Part shown: in pieces, positions 48,233 to 59,256 of the stretch
Numbering within the stretch: position 1 is the stretch's first letter
How the letters are laid out: every line of letters begins with the position of its first letter
NCBI GenBank assembly: GCA_029554865.1
Contig: JAKPUX010000025.1
Span: 11,561-75,560 of the forward strand
Length of the DNA: 64,000 nt
Source of the DNA: a bacterium
Lineage (GTDB): Bacteria; Zhuqueibacterota; Zhuqueibacteria; Residuimicrobiales; Residuimicrobiaceae
Direction of reading: 5' to 3'
Made by a program: the position numbers and the translations under genes
The notes under the pieces: model-generated
What the model was told of the DNA's origin: nothing
What the model saw: only the letters and a program-made list of their open reading frames with translations
Databases searched by the model: none

Positions 48233-49519
48233 ATGACCTATCAAGAAGCGGAATCCTTCCTTCTGGGGCGGGAGATGTTCGGCTGGAAGCTGGGGCTGGA
48301 GCGCATGGAGCGTTTTCTAGCCGGACTCGGAGCGCCGCAGGAGCAGTTCGACACCGTACACGTCGCCGGCACCAACGGCAAGGGCTCGGTCACTGCCATG
48401 ATGGGGTCTGTTCTCAAGGAGAGTGGCCATCGCTGCGGCATCTATACCTCGCCCCATCTGGAGAGCCTGCGCGAGCGCATCCGCGTCGACGGCCTCTGCA
48501 TCGCCGAGGAGGCGGTGGTGGGACTGGTCGAGCGCTGGCGGCCGCTGATCGAAGAGCTGCAGTGCACTTTTTTCGAGACCATGACCGGCCTGGCCTTGCG
48601 TCATTTCGCCGACGCCGGGGTGCAGAGTGCGGTGATCGAGGTCGGACTGGGCGGCCGTCTCGATGCGACCAATGTCCTGCATCCCCTGGTGTCGATCATC
48701 ACCTCGATCAGCTACGACCACATGGATCATTTGGGGGATACCATCGCGGCCATCGCAGCCGAAAAGGCGGGCATCATCAAGCCGGCAGTTCCCTGCGTGA
48801 TCGGTTCACTGCCGGCGGAGGCGGAAGAGGTGATCCGCGCGCGGGCGGCTGAACTTGACAGCCCACTTTACGCGGCCGATGCCCTGGTCGAGGTGCGCCA
48901 CCTGCGTCTCACGGAATCGGGCTCGGAGTTTTCGGCCCAGACGGAGGGTGCCCGGTACGAAGGGCTATCGCTGCCCCTGCCGGGTCCTCACCAGGTGGCC
49001 AATAGCTGCATTGCAATCTGTGCCAGTGAGCTGCTCGGCCGGCAGGGGGTGATTCCCTTTCCCCCGCCTTTAAAACGGGCGCTGGCGGGAGTCGATTGGC
49101 CTGGCCGCTTTGAAATCTTCCTCAAAGAGCCGCGGGTGATCACCGATGTGGCCCACAATCCGGGCGGTTTTCAGCGGCAGAAATGGATGTGGCGTCATTT
49201 CTATCCGGATTGGCAGAAGGTGCTGGTCCTCGGCCTGGTCAAGGAGAAGGACCTCAAGGGTGTGATCGGGGAACTGCCGCGGGATGTGGCCCAAATCTAC
49301 GTCGTGCCGGCGCCGACCCATCGTGCGCTGCCGGTGGCGGAGTTCACCGGCGCGCTGGCGGAGGCCGGGCTGCCGGTGGTGCCCTGCGGTTCGGTACAGG
49401 AAGGGGTCCGGGCGGCGATAACCTGGGCGAGGGGTGGAACAAGGCGGGTTGTCTGCATCACCGGCTCCCACTATGTGGTGGGTGAGAGCCTGAGGGGAAT
49501 AAAGGACTTGACAAAATGA
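48233..49519 (+). CDS. folC: Bifunctional folylpolyglutamate synthase/dihydrofolate synthase
   Basis: HVAGTNGKGS, YTSPHL, EVGLGGRLDATN, WPGRFE, DVAHN. Confidence 0.96.
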   Translation: MTYQEAESFLLGREMFGWKLGLERMERFLAGLGAPQEQFDTVHVAGTNGKGSVTAMMGSVLKESGHRCGIYTSPHLESLRERIRVDGLCIAEEAVVGLVERWRPLIEELQCTFFETMTGLALRHFADAGVQSAVIEVGLGGRLDATNVLHPLVSIITSISYDHMDHLGDTIAAIAAEKAGIIKPAVPCVIGSLPAEAEEVIRARAAELDSPLYAADALVEVRHLRLTESGSEFSAQTEGARYEGLSLPLPGPHQVANSCIAICASELLGRQGVIPFPPPLKRALAGVDWPGRFEIFLKEPRVITDVAHNPGGFQRQKWMWRHFYPDWQKVLVLGLVKEKDLKGVIGELPRDVAQIYVVPAPTHRALPVAEFTGALAEAGLPVVPCGSVQEGVRAAITWARGGTRRVVCITGSHYVVGESLRGIKDLTK

Positions 49520-49536
49520 CTATTTCTTCCTAAATT
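49508..49536 (+). promoter_or_regulatory. Promoter for ABC ATPase-rho unit
   Basis: TTGACA-17 nt-TAAATT overlapping the folC stop. Confidence 0.65.
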
Positions 49537-49674
49537 ATGCAGGAACCAATCCTGCTCGACCCCATTTTAACACACCTTATTCTTCATAAAGCCGCCAATC
49601 ACTGTGCACCTTTTCATCTCATGAAGAGAGAATCCACCCAACTATTACAACGGCATTAGAACGGGAGCAAAATC

Positions 49675-50775
49675 TTGGCGAGTGTTCAACTGGACAAGGT
49701 AAGCAAGATCTTTGACAATCAGGTTCGCGCGGTCGATGCCGTTGATATCGATATCCGGGATAAGGAGTTCATCGTACTGGTGGGGCCTTCCGGCTGCGGA
49801 AAATCGACGACGCTGCGGATGATCGCCGGACTGGAAGAGATCAGCGCCGGGGAGATTCGCATCGATGACCGGGTAGTCAACCAGGTGCCGCCCAAAGACC
49901 GCGATATCGCCATGGTTTTCCAGAACTATGCCCTCTATCCGCACATGACAGTTTTTGAGAACATGGCTTTCGGGTTGAAGCTGCGCAAGTATCCCAAGGA
50001 TGAGATCGAACAGCGGGTCAAGGAGGCGGCGGATATCCTGAGCATCGAGGGGCTTCTCGACCGCAAGCCCAAGCAGCTATCGGGCGGGCAGCGGCAGCGC
50101 GTGGCTGTCGGCCGAGCGATCGTGCGCAAGCCCAAGGTGTTTCTCTTTGATGAGCCGCTTTCCAATCTGGATGCCAAGCTGCGCGTGCAGATGCGCACAG
50201 AGATCTCCAAACTGCATACACGGCTTGAGACCACGATGATCTACGTCACGCATGATCAGACCGAAGCCATGACGATGGGGGATCGCATCGTGGTAATGAA
50301 AGATGGCAAGGTCCAGCAGATTGACACCCCGATGAATCTTTATGATGCGCCGGTCAACAAGTTTGTTGCGGGCTTTATCGGCAGCCCGGCGATGAATTTC
50401 ATCAACGGCGAGATCGTCCGCGACGAGGGGCTTTTCTTCCGGACGGCGGGGATGAAACTGCGCATTCCGGATTCCCGCAGCGGGCTGCTTGCGGCTCACA
50501 CCGGCCGGCCGGTCGTGCTCGGCATTCGCCCCGAAGATTTGAGCGAATATGATCTCGCTCCAGCCCAGATACCGGAGATGAGCGCCCTGTGCCGGGTTGA
50601 AGTGGTGGAGCCCATGGGCAACGAGATTTTTGTCTATCTGGCCAACGGCGGGGAGTCGCTGGTGGCGCGGATGAACGTGCAATCCCGTCCGAGCGTGCGC
50701 GCGGATTATCGGGTCCAGTTTGATATGAACAAGGCGCACTTTTTCATGGCGGAAAGCGAAGAGGCCATTCACTGA
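49675..50775 (+). CDS. MalK/UgpC/MsmX-type sugar ABC transporter ATP-binding subunit (orphan)
   Basis: [43 protein letters not shown] domain; TTG start. Confidence 0.93.
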   Translation: MASVQLDKVSKIFDNQVRAVDAVDIDIRDKEFIVLVGPSGCGKSTTLRMIAGLEEISAGEIRIDDRVVNQVPPKDRDIAMVFQNYALYPHMTVFENMAFGLKLRKYPKDEIEQRVKEAADILSIEGLLDRKPKQLSGGQRQRVAVGRAIVRKPKVFLFDEPLSNLDAKLRVQMRTEISKLHTRLETTMIYVTHDQTEAMTMGDRIVVMKDGKVQQIDTPMNLYDAPVNKFVAGFIGSPAMNFINGEIVRDEGLFFRTAGMKLRIPDSRSGLLAAHTGRPVVLGIRPEDLSEYDLAPAQIPEMSALCRVEVVEPMGNEIFVYLANGGESLVARMNVQSRPSVRADYRVQFDMNKAHFFMAESEEAIH

Positions 50776-50987
50776 TCTCCATTCCTGCGCATCGCCGGCC
50801 ATCCTCGTCGTCATTCCGGATCATCTCCTGCACTGTACAGCCTTTATGACTTTAGGGTGGTGATTCCCCGGGGGGTAGTTTCTCATTGCTGCTGACCGTG
50901 TCTGATCCCTTGCATGGCGCGCACCGTTTTTCTCCCATAATAATATGCACAATAATTCCCGTATAACTTTACCGACAAGAGGCGTCA

Positions 50988-52235
50988 ATGGATATTGCTG
51001 AACTCAAGGCGCGCAAGATCGCCGAGCTGAACAAGCTGGCTCAGGACATGGGCATCACGGGCTGCACAGGTCTGCGCAAATCGGAATTGATTTTCAAGAT
51101 TCTGGAGGAGCAGACCAAGAAGGAGGGGCTGATCTTCGCTGAGGGAGTTCTCGAGGTCCTGCCGGATGGCTACGGATTTCTCCGCTCCCCCGATTTCAAC
51201 TATCTGCCTGGGCCGGATGACATTTACGTCTCCCCTTCACAGATCAAGCGCTTCGGGCTGAGGACGGGCGACACGGTCTCCGGACAGATTCGGCCACCCA
51301 AGGAGAATGAGCGCTTTTTCGCCCTGCTCAAGGTCGAGGCGGTTAACTTTGAGAACCCGGAAGAGGCGAAAAGTATCATCCTTTTCGACAACCTTACCCC
51401 CCTCTACCCCCATCAGCGCATCAACCTGGAGACCACAGCGGGCGAGATTTCGATGCGCATCATGAACATGCTCACCCCGATCGGCAAGGGCCAGCGCGGC
51501 CTGATCGTCGCCCAGCCCAAGACCGGCAAGACCACCCTGCTGCAAAAAATTGCCAACTCCATCACCACCAACCATCCAGAAATGAAGCTGATCGTGCTGC
51601 TCATCGACGAACGTCCGGAGGAAGTGACCGACATGGAGCGCTCTGTCAAGGCGGAGGTGATCAGCTCGACCTTCGATGAGCCGGCGGAGCGCCATGTGCA
51701 GGTCTCCGATATGGTGCTGGAGAAGGCCAAGCGCCTGGTCGAGTACGGCAAGGATGTCTGCATTCTGCTCGACAGCATCACCCGTCTGGCGCGCGCCCAC
51801 AACGCCGTGGTGCCGCACAGTGGCAAGATCCTCTCCGGCGGTGTCGACGCCAACGCCCTGCATCGTCCCAAACGATTTTTCGGCGCGGCCCGCAACATCG
51901 AGGAGGGGGGCAGTCTGACCATCATCGCCACCGCCCTCATCGACACCGGCAGCCGCATGGACGAGGTCATTTTCGAAGAGTTCAAGGGCACGGGCAATAT
52001 GGAACTGGTGCTCGACCGGCGCATCTCCGACCGCCGTGTCTTCCCCTCCATCGATGTCAACCGCTCGGGCACGCGCAAGGAAGAGCTGCTGCTCGGCGAC
52101 CAGGAGCTGAATCGGGTCTGGATTCTGCGCAAGCTTCTGGCCGAGCTGACACCGGTCGAAGCGATGGAGTTCCTCCTCTCCAAGATGCAGGGTTCGAAAT
52201 CAAACAAGCAGTTTCTCGATTCGATGAGCATGTAA
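50988..52235 (+). CDS. rho: Transcription termination factor Rho
   Basis: [41 protein letters not shown]. Confidence 0.99.
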   Translation: MDIAELKARKIAELNKLAQDMGITGCTGLRKSELIFKILEEQTKKEGLIFAEGVLEVLPDGYGFLRSPDFNYLPGPDDIYVSPSQIKRFGLRTGDTVSGQIRPPKENERFFALLKVEAVNFENPEEAKSIILFDNLTPLYPHQRINLETTAGEISMRIMNMLTPIGKGQRGLIVAQPKTGKTTLLQKIANSITTNHPEMKLIVLLIDERPEEVTDMERSVKAEVISSTFDEPAERHVQVSDMVLEKAKRLVEYGKDVCILLDSITRLARAHNAVVPHSGKILSGGVDANALHRPKRFFGAARNIEEGGSLTIIATALIDTGSRMDEVIFEEFKGTGNMELVLDRRISDRRVFPSIDVNRSGTRKEELLLGDQELNRVWILRKLLAELTPVEAMEFLLSKMQGSKSNKQFLDSMSM

Positions 52236-52250
52236 CCGCAAAGGTTTTTC

Positions 52251-52279
52251 TTGCAATTGCCGATTCATTTTTGTATATT
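52251..52279 (+). promoter_or_regulatory. rpmE promoter
   Basis: TTGCAA-17 nt-TATATT. Confidence 0.6.
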
Positions 52280-52324
52280 TATTTTCGCAAAATTTTAACG
52301 GCATTATGAACCGGAGGCCATACA

Positions 52325-52537
52325 TTGAAAAAGGGTATTCATCCCAAATATGAAGTGAGCACCGTTTCCTGCGCCTGCGGAGCCACCTTCAAGGTCCGCA
52401 CCACCGTCGGTGACGAGAAGCTGGATATCTGCTCCAGCTGCCATCCCTTCTTTACCGGAAAACAGAAATTGCTTGATACCGCCGGCCGGGTCGAACAGTT
52501 CCGCCGCAGGTACAATCTGCCCAACAAGCAGTCATAG
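52325..52537 (+). CDS. rpmE: 50S ribosomal protein L31 (Zn-binding form)
   Basis: [23 protein letters not shown]; TTG start after GGAGG. Confidence 0.96.
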   Translation: MKKGIHPKYEVSTVSCACGATFKVRTTVGDEKLDICSSCHPFFTGKQKLLDTAGRVEQFRRRYNLPNKQS

Positions 52538-52558
52538 CTTTTTCCATAGACATAACAG

Positions 52559-52600
52559 AACGGAAGCCATCCTGCCGACAAGGCGGGACTTCCGTTTTTT
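52559..52600 (+). terminator. Intrinsic terminator
   Basis: AACGGAAG..TCCTGCC-GACAA-GGCGGGA-CTTCCGTTTTTT. Confidence 0.7.
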
Positions 52601-52633
52601 ATTTTAATCCAAAACCATAAGCGGGTACCACGG

Positions 52634-53566
52634 ATGAAGGAGCAGGAATCTCTGGCCGTTGGCGGGCAGGCGATCATCGAAGGAGTGATGATGCGCGGCA
52701 AAGATGTCGTGGCCATGGCTGTGCGCAAGCCGGACGGGGGCATTGTTCTGAAATGCACCCCGTTCAAATCGATCGTTAAAAGGTTCAAGGTGCTGAATCT
52801 GCCGGTTTTCCGGGGAGCGGTGATGCTCATTGAATCTCTTTTCCTCGGCGTCAAGGCCCTCAATTTTTCAGGGGATATCGCCATGATGGAGGAGAACGGG
52901 GGCACAGGCAAGGCCGGGCGCAGCGAGAACCGGTGGAACGATGTCTGGATGGGAATGACCATCCTCTTTTCCCTCGCCCTGGGCATCGCCTTTTTCTTTT
53001 ATCTTCCCCTGATTCTCACCGATCTGCTCGGATTCGAGAGCGGCTGGGCCTTTAATTTGGTTGACGGGGTGATCCGTCTTGTCCTCTTTCTGGCCTATAT
53101 CTACCTCATCTCCCTTTGGAAGGAGATCAAGCGGGTCTTTGAATATCACGGCGCTGAGCACAAATCCATTTTTGCCCATGAGAACAATCAGCCTCTCACC
53201 CCGGCCGGGGCGATGCCCTTCACGACTTTTCATCCCCGCTGTGGAACCAGCTTTCTTCTCATCGTCATGGTGGTGAGCGTGCTGGTCTTTATGTTTCTGG
53301 GCAAGCCGGAGACTGTCGCCGACCGTCTCATCCGTATCGCCTTTGTGCCGGTCATCGGCGGCCTCTCCTACGAGTTGATCAAGTTCTCGGCAAGGGCCCA
53401 GCGCTTCGCTCTCGTGCGTGCCTTCATCCTCCCCGGCCTCTGGCTGCAGAGGATCACCACCAACGAGCCGGACGAGCAGCAGATCGAGGTCGCGATGGTG
53501 GCCCTGCGCTGCGCTCTCGGCCAGGAGGTGCAGGCAGGTCCGTCGCCGGTCGAGATGGTGGCATAG
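52634..53566 (+). CDS. DUF1385 membrane protein
   Basis: [30 protein letters not shown]. Confidence 0.92.
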   Translation: MKEQESLAVGGQAIIEGVMMRGKDVVAMAVRKPDGGIVLKCTPFKSIVKRFKVLNLPVFRGAVMLIESLFLGVKALNFSGDIAMMEENGGTGKAGRSENRWNDVWMGMTILFSLALGIAFFFYLPLILTDLLGFESGWAFNLVDGVIRLVLFLAYIYLISLWKEIKRVFEYHGAEHKSIFAHENNQPLTPAGAMPFTTFHPRCGTSFLLIVMVVSVLVFMFLGKPETVADRLIRIAFVPVIGGLSYELIKFSARAQRFALVRAFILPGLWLQRITTNEPDEQQIEVAMVALRCALGQEVQAGPSPVEMVA

Positions 53567-53577
53567 GGGAGGCAGCC

Positions 53578-54645
53578 GTGAAGGAAAAGCTTGCAGCGAT
53601 CGCTGTCCGTTATTTCGAGGTGCAAAGGAAGCTCAGTGATCCGGAGGTGCTGGCCAAGCCGCACCTCCTTCGCGATCTGGCCAGAGAGGAGTCCGAGCTC
53701 TCCGAAATCGTCCAACCCTACCAGCGCCTCCTCAAGATCGAGCGGGACATCGCGGGCGACGAAAAAGTGATTGAGGAGGGCGGGGATGACGAACTGGCTG
53801 AAATGGCCAGGACCGAGATGGAAGAGCTCAGCGCCGAGCGGGATGAACTGGAAGAGAAGCTCAAGTGGCTGCTGATCCCGAAGGACCCCCAGGATGCGCG
53901 CGATGCGATCATCGAGATCCGCGCCGGGACGGGTGGCGATGAGGCCGGTCTTTTTGCCGGCGACCTCTTCCGGATGTATCAATACTACGCCGAGCGACAG
54001 GGTTGGACCCTCGAGGTAATGAGCATCAACGCCCAGGGAATCGGCGGATTCCGTGAGGTGATCTTTGCCCTTTCGGGCAGGGATGTTTATGGCAAGATGA
54101 AATACGAGGCGGGTGTACACCGGGTGCAGAGGGTGCCACAGACCGAGGCGAGCGGACGCATTCATACTTCTGCGGCCTCCGTCGCCGTTTTGCCCGAGGC
54201 CGAGGAGATCGATGTCGAGATCAATCCCAACGATCTGCGCATCGATGTTTTTCGCTCTTCCGGCCCCGGCGGCCAGAGTGTGAACACAACCGATTCGGCG
54301 GTGCGGGTTACCCATCTTCCCACCGGACTGGTGGTGAGCTGTCAGGATGAAAAGTCGCAGCACAAGAACAAGGCCAAGGCCCTCAAGGTGCTGCGCGCCC
54401 GGCTCTACGATCTGGCCCTGGCGGAGGAGCAGGCCAAGCTGACGGCCTCACGGCGCTCGATGGTGAGCACCGGCGACCGCAGCGCCAAGATCCGCACCTA
54501 CAATTTTCCGCAGAACCGGGTCACGGATCATCGCATCGGTTTGACCCTTTACCAGCTGGATGCCGTTCTGCAGGGCGATATCGACGAGTTCGTCGAGCAG
54601 CTGCAAATTGCTGACCGCTCCGAGATGCTCAAGACGATGAACTAG
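53578..54645 (+). CDS. prfA: Peptide chain release factor 1
   Basis: VQRVPQTE (PxT motif), GPGGQ, RTYNFPQ. Confidence 0.97.
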   Translation: MKEKLAAIAVRYFEVQRKLSDPEVLAKPHLLRDLAREESELSEIVQPYQRLLKIERDIAGDEKVIEEGGDDELAEMARTEMEELSAERDELEEKLKWLLIPKDPQDARDAIIEIRAGTGGDEAGLFAGDLFRMYQYYAERQGWTLEVMSINAQGIGGFREVIFALSGRDVYGKMKYEAGVHRVQRVPQTEASGRIHTSAASVAVLPEAEEIDVEINPNDLRIDVFRSSGPGGQSVNTTDSAVRVTHLPTGLVVSCQDEKSQHKNKAKALKVLRARLYDLALAEEQAKLTASRRSMVSTGDRSAKIRTYNFPQNRVTDHRIGLTLYQLDAVLQGDIDEFVEQLQIADRSEMLKTMN

Positions 54646-54653
54646 GGCTGCGG

Positions 54654-55562
54654 GTGGCTGAGAACGCAAGCATACAGGGATGGACCCTGCTCCGGATGAT
54701 CCAGTGGAGCAGCGACTATCTGGCCACTCGGGGTTTTGAAAACAGCCGTCTGCTCTCGGAGCGGCTCCTCGCTCATGTGCTCGAGCTGCGCCGCGTCGAT
54801 CTCTATCTGCAGTTCGACCGGCCCCTGACACCGGCAGAGCTGGCTCATTACAAGCAGCTTTTTTTGCGCCTGGTCGCGCATGAGCCCTTGCAGTACCTGC
54901 TCGGCGAGACCGAGTTCATGTCGCTCCCTTTTGCCGTCGGGCCGGGTGTCCTCATCCCCCGTCCGGAGACCGAACTGCTGGTCGAGAAGGCTCTGGAGCG
55001 GGCCCGGGCGGTCGCTGCCAGGGAGGGCATGGTCCGCATCATCGACCTCGGCACCGGAACCGGCTGCATCGCCGTCTCCCTGGCGAAGAATATGCCGGAG
55101 GCCAGCCTGGTCGCGGTCGATCTCTCGGCGGCTGCACTGGAGTGGGCAGAGCGCAACAGTGCAGCCCACGGAGTCAGCAGCCGGGTCGAACTGGTGGAAC
55201 ACGATTTCAGGAATTCGCCCCTCTCCGCATGGCGGGGGGGATTCGACCTGGCGGTTTCCAATCCGCCCTATATCCGCAGCGGCGATTGGGCGGGGCTGGC
55301 GGCGGAGATCCGCGATCACGAGCCGCGCGAGGCCCTGCTCGGGGGGGAGGATGGGCTGGATGCCTACCGCAGCCTGGCGCAGATGCTGCCAATGCTGCTC
55401 AAAACAGGCGGGGAAGCCTTGATCGAATTTGGCGACGGCATGTCCGCAGCCGTTGTGGCAATATTTAAACAGGCCGGTTTTGCAGGAGCGGAGTTTTTTC
55501 GCGACCTGGCCGGCAGGGAACGACTCGTCCATCTCTTCTCCCCGGGAGGCGATCATGAATGA
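54654..55562 (+). CDS. prmC: Release factor N5-glutamine methyltransferase
   Basis: EPLQY, LIPRPETE, DLGTGTG, SNPPY. Confidence 0.95.
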   Translation: MAENASIQGWTLLRMIQWSSDYLATRGFENSRLLSERLLAHVLELRRVDLYLQFDRPLTPAELAHYKQLFLRLVAHEPLQYLLGETEFMSLPFAVGPGVLIPRPETELLVEKALERARAVAAREGMVRIIDLGTGTGCIAVSLAKNMPEASLVAVDLSAAALEWAERNSAAHGVSSRVELVEHDFRNSPLSAWRGGFDLAVSNPPYIRSGDWAGLAAEIRDHEPREALLGGEDGLDAYRSLAQMLPMLLKTGGEALIEFGDGMSAAVVAIFKQAGFAGAEFFRDLAGRERLVHLFSPGGDHE

Positions 55563-56934
55563 AGGAATTTTCCGCGAATATGACATTCGCGGCATCGTCA
55601 AGACTGATCTGACCAATGATGTGGCCTACAATCTCGGCCGGGCCTACGGCACCTGGATGGCCAAACGGGGCCACAAGCTGGTGGTGATCGGACATGATGT
55701 GCGACTGACCTCGCCCCATCTCGCCAAGCTTTTCATCGACGGGATTGTCACCACTGGCCTGAATGTCTATCTGGTCGGCGAGGTGATGACACCCGTCCTC
55801 TATTACGCCATCCTCCATTATCAGACCGATGGTGGTGTGATGATCACCGGCAGCCATAATCCGATCGAGTACAACGGCTTCAAGATGTGCGAGGGGCTGG
55901 CCTCCCTCTATGGCGTGGCCATTCAGGAGCTGAAAGAGATCATCCTCCGCAATGGCTATGTGCGCACCAGCAGCGGCCACGTCACTGAGAAGAGCATCAT
56001 CCCCGAATATATGGAGATGATGCGCGCCAAGTTCGCCTTTCCGCGCAAGCTCAAGGTGGTGATTGATGCCGGCAACGGCACAGCCGGGCCCATCGCCCCG
56101 GAGCTGTGGAGCAGTCTGGGGATCGAAGTGGTGCCGCTTTACTGCGATCCGGATGGTCATTTTCCCAACCATCTGCCCGATCCCACCGTGCCCAAATACA
56201 TGCAGGACCTGCGCCAGCTGGTACTGGCGGAAAAGGCGGATCTGGGCATCGGCTACGATGGGGATGCCGATCGGGTCGGCATCGTCGATGACCGCGGCCG
56301 CCTGGTCTATGCCGATGCCTTGATGGCCCTGCTCAGCCGCGAGGTGCTGGCCAATCATCCCGGCAGCACCATCATCTTCGATGTCAAGTGCTCGCAGATG
56401 CTCCCCGAAGAGATCAGCCGTCTTGGCGGGGTACCCATGATGTACAAGACGGGGCACTCTCTGCTCAAGGCCAGGATGAAGGAGATCCACGCCCCCTTTG
56501 CCGGCGAGATGTCCGGCCATATGTTTTTCGCCGACGAGTTTTTCGGCTTCGACGACGGCCTCTACGCCTCCGGCCGCCTCATGCGCATCCTGGCCGTGAG
56601 TGAGCGTCCCTTCTCCGCGCTGGTGGATGAGCTGCCGCTTTTTGTCTCCACCCCGGAAATCCGGGTCGACTGCCCGGACCAGGAGAAATTCGCCATCATT
56701 GAGAGCATGGTCAAGAGCTTCAGTGCAAACCACGAGACCATCACCATCGACGGTGCCCGGGTTCTCTTCGGCGACGGCTGGGGATTGATCCGCGCTTCCA
56801 ATACCCAGCCGGTCCTGGTGCTGCGCTTTGAGGCCAAGAGCCGTGAGCGGCTGGCGGAGATCATCGCAATCTTTCGCCGGGAGATGGACAAGCATCCCGC
56901 CATTGCCTATAATCCGGATGATTTGTCCATTTGA
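55555..56934 (+). CDS. Phosphomannomutase/phosphoglucomutase
   Basis: FREYDIRG, TGSHNP, DGDADR, GEMSGH, RASNT; ATG 55555. Confidence 0.94.
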   Translation: MNEGIFREYDIRGIVKTDLTNDVAYNLGRAYGTWMAKRGHKLVVIGHDVRLTSPHLAKLFIDGIVTTGLNVYLVGEVMTPVLYYAILHYQTDGGVMITGSHNPIEYNGFKMCEGLASLYGVAIQELKEIILRNGYVRTSSGHVTEKSIIPEYMEMMRAKFAFPRKLKVVIDAGNGTAGPIAPELWSSLGIEVVPLYCDPDGHFPNHLPDPTVPKYMQDLRQLVLAEKADLGIGYDGDADRVGIVDDRGRLVYADALMALLSREVLANHPGSTIIFDVKCSQMLPEEISRLGGVPMMYKTGHSLLKARMKEIHAPFAGEMSGHMFFADEFFGFDDGLYASGRLMRILAVSERPFSALVDELPLFVSTPEIRVDCPDQEKFAIIESMVKSFSANHETITIDGARVLFGDGWGLIRASNTQPVLVLRFEAKSRERLAEIIAIFRREMDKHPAIAYNPDDLSI

Positions 56935-56955
56935 CAAAAATTAACAGAGAATCGC

Positions 56956-56989
56956 CAGCGGCCCGAATCGACTTCGGGCCGCTGCGTTT
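56956..56989 (+). terminator. Hairpin/possible terminator
   Basis: 12-bp stem CAGCGGCCCGAA/TTCGGGCCGCTG with a weak T tail. Confidence 0.5.
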
Positions 56990-57022
56990 CCGGGCGACGC
57001 AATACAATCAGTGAGGACGAGC

Positions 57023-59239
57023 ATGGCAAAATTATCCGCAGGAAGAGATCTTGGCGCCGAAGTGACGGCCCTTTTCGCGCGGGAGCCGCAGAAGAGCTTC
57101 AAGGCCAAGGAGTTGGCCCGGCAGCTGGGGATCGGCAAGGAGGAGTATCTGGAGCTGCGCAAGACCCTGCGCCGGCTTGTGCAGGAGGGCGCCATTCTCA
57201 AGCTGCGCAGCAACCGTTTCGGCTCGGCCAGCCAGTCGCCAGTGGTCACCGGGATACTGCGGGTCAATTCACAGGGCTATGGATTTGTCACGCGCGATGA
57301 CGGGCGCGAGGATATCTTTGTGAGCACCAAACAGATGGGCTCGGCGCTGCACAGGGACCGGGTGCGGGTGCGTCTTTTCGCAAGCCGGCAGGGGGAACGT
57401 CCGGAGGGACAAGTGATCGAGATTGTCGAGCGCGGGCGCGACCGCATCGTCGGCACCCTGCGCTGGGGGCGCAAGTACAGCTATGTGGTGCCAGATGACA
57501 TCAAGATCCAGACCGACATCATTATCCCCGAGCCGGAAGGGTCGGGAGCCGAGGAGGGGCAGAAAGTGGTCGTGGTCATCGACCGCTGGCCCTCCCCCCA
57601 TCAGAATCCCGAGGGCCACATCACCCATGTGCTCGGTTTCGCCGATGATCCAGGGGTCGATGTCCTCTCGATCATCCACGGTTTCAGCCTCGCCTCCGAG
57701 TTCCCGCCGGAGGTGGAGGCGGAGGCGGCCAGGCTGGGGGCAGCGATTCCGTCCGGCGAGCATGAGCGGCGCCTCGATTGCCGTGACTGGCCGATTTTCA
57801 CGATCGATCCGGCGGACGCCAAGGACTTTGATGACGCGGTCTCGCTGCGCGCCCTCGCCAACGGCCGTCTCGAGCTGGGCGTCCACATCGCCGATGTGAG
57901 TCATTATGTTGCGCCGGGCGGAGCGATCGATGCGGAGGCCGAGGCGCGCGGGACTTCGGTCTATCTGGTGGACCGGGTCATCCCGATGCTGCCGGAGCAC
58001 CTCTCCAACCGTCTCTGCAGCCTGGTCGAGGGGGAGGAGAAGCTCTGCTATTCGGTCCTGATGGAGCTCTCCCCGGCTGGGGCCCTGCTGGGCTACACTT
58101 TCCGTGAAAGCATCATCCGCAGCCGCAGGCGGCTGACCTATGAACAGGCCCAGGCGATGATCGAGGGAAGCGGGGATGATGAGATCTCCCTCCTGCTGCG
58201 GAAGATGTGGGAGCTGGCGGCGCTGCTGATCCGCCGCCGTGAAGCCCGCGGCGGCATCGATTTCGAGAGCCAGGAGGTGCAGGTCATCCTTGATGAGCAG
58301 GGTCACCCGACAGCTCTCAAAAGGCGCGAGCGGCTGCAGAGTCATCGCCTCATCGAGGAGTTCATGCTGATGGCCAACGAGACGGTGGCCCGCCACGTGG
58401 GAGTCGAGATGGCGGCCGGGCTGCCGGAGGCGCCGCCCTTTGTTTATCGCATCCATGAAAAGCCCGAGCGCGAGGAGGTGGCGGGTCTGCTCGAGCTGCT
58501 GGCTCAGTTCGGCATCGTGCAGGAACTGCCGAAAAAGATCACCCCCCACTATTTCCAGAGGCTGGCGGCCGCTATCCGCCGCCACCCCGCAAATTTCGTT
58601 CTCCAGGATGCCCTTCTGCGCACAATGATGAAAGCCCGCTACAGCCCGGAGAATCCCGGCCACTTTGGGCTCGCTTACAGCCATTATACCCATTTCACCT
58701 CGCCCATCCGCCGTTATCCGGACCTGATGGTCCATCGTCTGCTCAAGGGCTACTGTGCCAACCGCGTTGTGGAGGAGATGGAGGCCCTGACCGGGCGGCT
58801 GGCGGAACAATGCCGGGAGGCCAGCGAAAACGAGGTGCGTGCCGCGGAGGCTGAGCGTGCTTCGATCAAGCTCAAACAGATCGAGTACATGGAGGGCCAT
58901 CTCGGCAGTGAACACGATGGCTTTATCAGCCGCATCGTCCCCTTTGGCATCTTCATCACCCTGCCGGAATTCCTCGTCGACGGACTGGTGCATATTTCCG
59001 GTCTGGAGGACGACTATTATATTTACGAGCCCTCCGGCTACCGGCTGGTCGGGCAGCGGGGCGGCCGCGTTTACGCCCTCGGCGACAAGGTGCGGGTGCG
59101 CATCTCGCGTGTGGACCGGAATGAAAGGCTGATCGACTTTGTTTTAGTGTCCAAGGAGCACGAGGAGAGGCCGAAGAAGATGGAGGCTGGAGCTCCGTTT
59201 CGCCGCCCCCAGAGAGGCCGCAAGAAGAGCAGAGGTTGA
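57023..59239 (+). CDS. rnr: Ribonuclease R
   Basis: TIDPADAKDFDDA, HIADVSHY, YTHFTSPIRRYPDL, S1 domain, basic tail. Confidence 0.96.
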   Translation: MAKLSAGRDLGAEVTALFAREPQKSFKAKELARQLGIGKEEYLELRKTLRRLVQEGAILKLRSNRFGSASQSPVVTGILRVNSQGYGFVTRDDGREDIFVSTKQMGSALHRDRVRVRLFASRQGERPEGQVIEIVERGRDRIVGTLRWGRKYSYVVPDDIKIQTDIIIPEPEGSGAEEGQKVVVVIDRWPSPHQNPEGHITHVLGFADDPGVDVLSIIHGFSLASEFPPEVEAEAARLGAAIPSGEHERRLDCRDWPIFTIDPADAKDFDDAVSLRALANGRLELGVHIADVSHYVAPGGAIDAEAEARGTSVYLVDRVIPMLPEHLSNRLCSLVEGEEKLCYSVLMELSPAGALLGYTFRESIIRSRRRLTYEQAQAMIEGSGDDEISLLLRKMWELAALLIRRREARGGIDFESQEVQVILDEQGHPTALKRRERLQSHRLIEEFMLMANETVARHVGVEMAAGLPEAPPFVYRIHEKPEREEVAGLLELLAQFGIVQELPKKITPHYFQRLAAAIRRHPANFVLQDALLRTMMKARYSPENPGHFGLAYSHYTHFTSPIRRYPDLMVHRLLKGYCANRVVEEMEALTGRLAEQCREASENEVRAAEAERASIKLKQIEYMEGHLGSEHDGFISRIVPFGIFITLPEFLVDGLVHISGLEDDYYIYEPSGYRLVGQRGGRVYALGDKVRVRISRVDRNERLIDFVLVSKEHEERPKKMEAGAPFRRPQRGRKKSRG

Positions 59240-59256
59240 GCTATTTTCGAGGAGTC

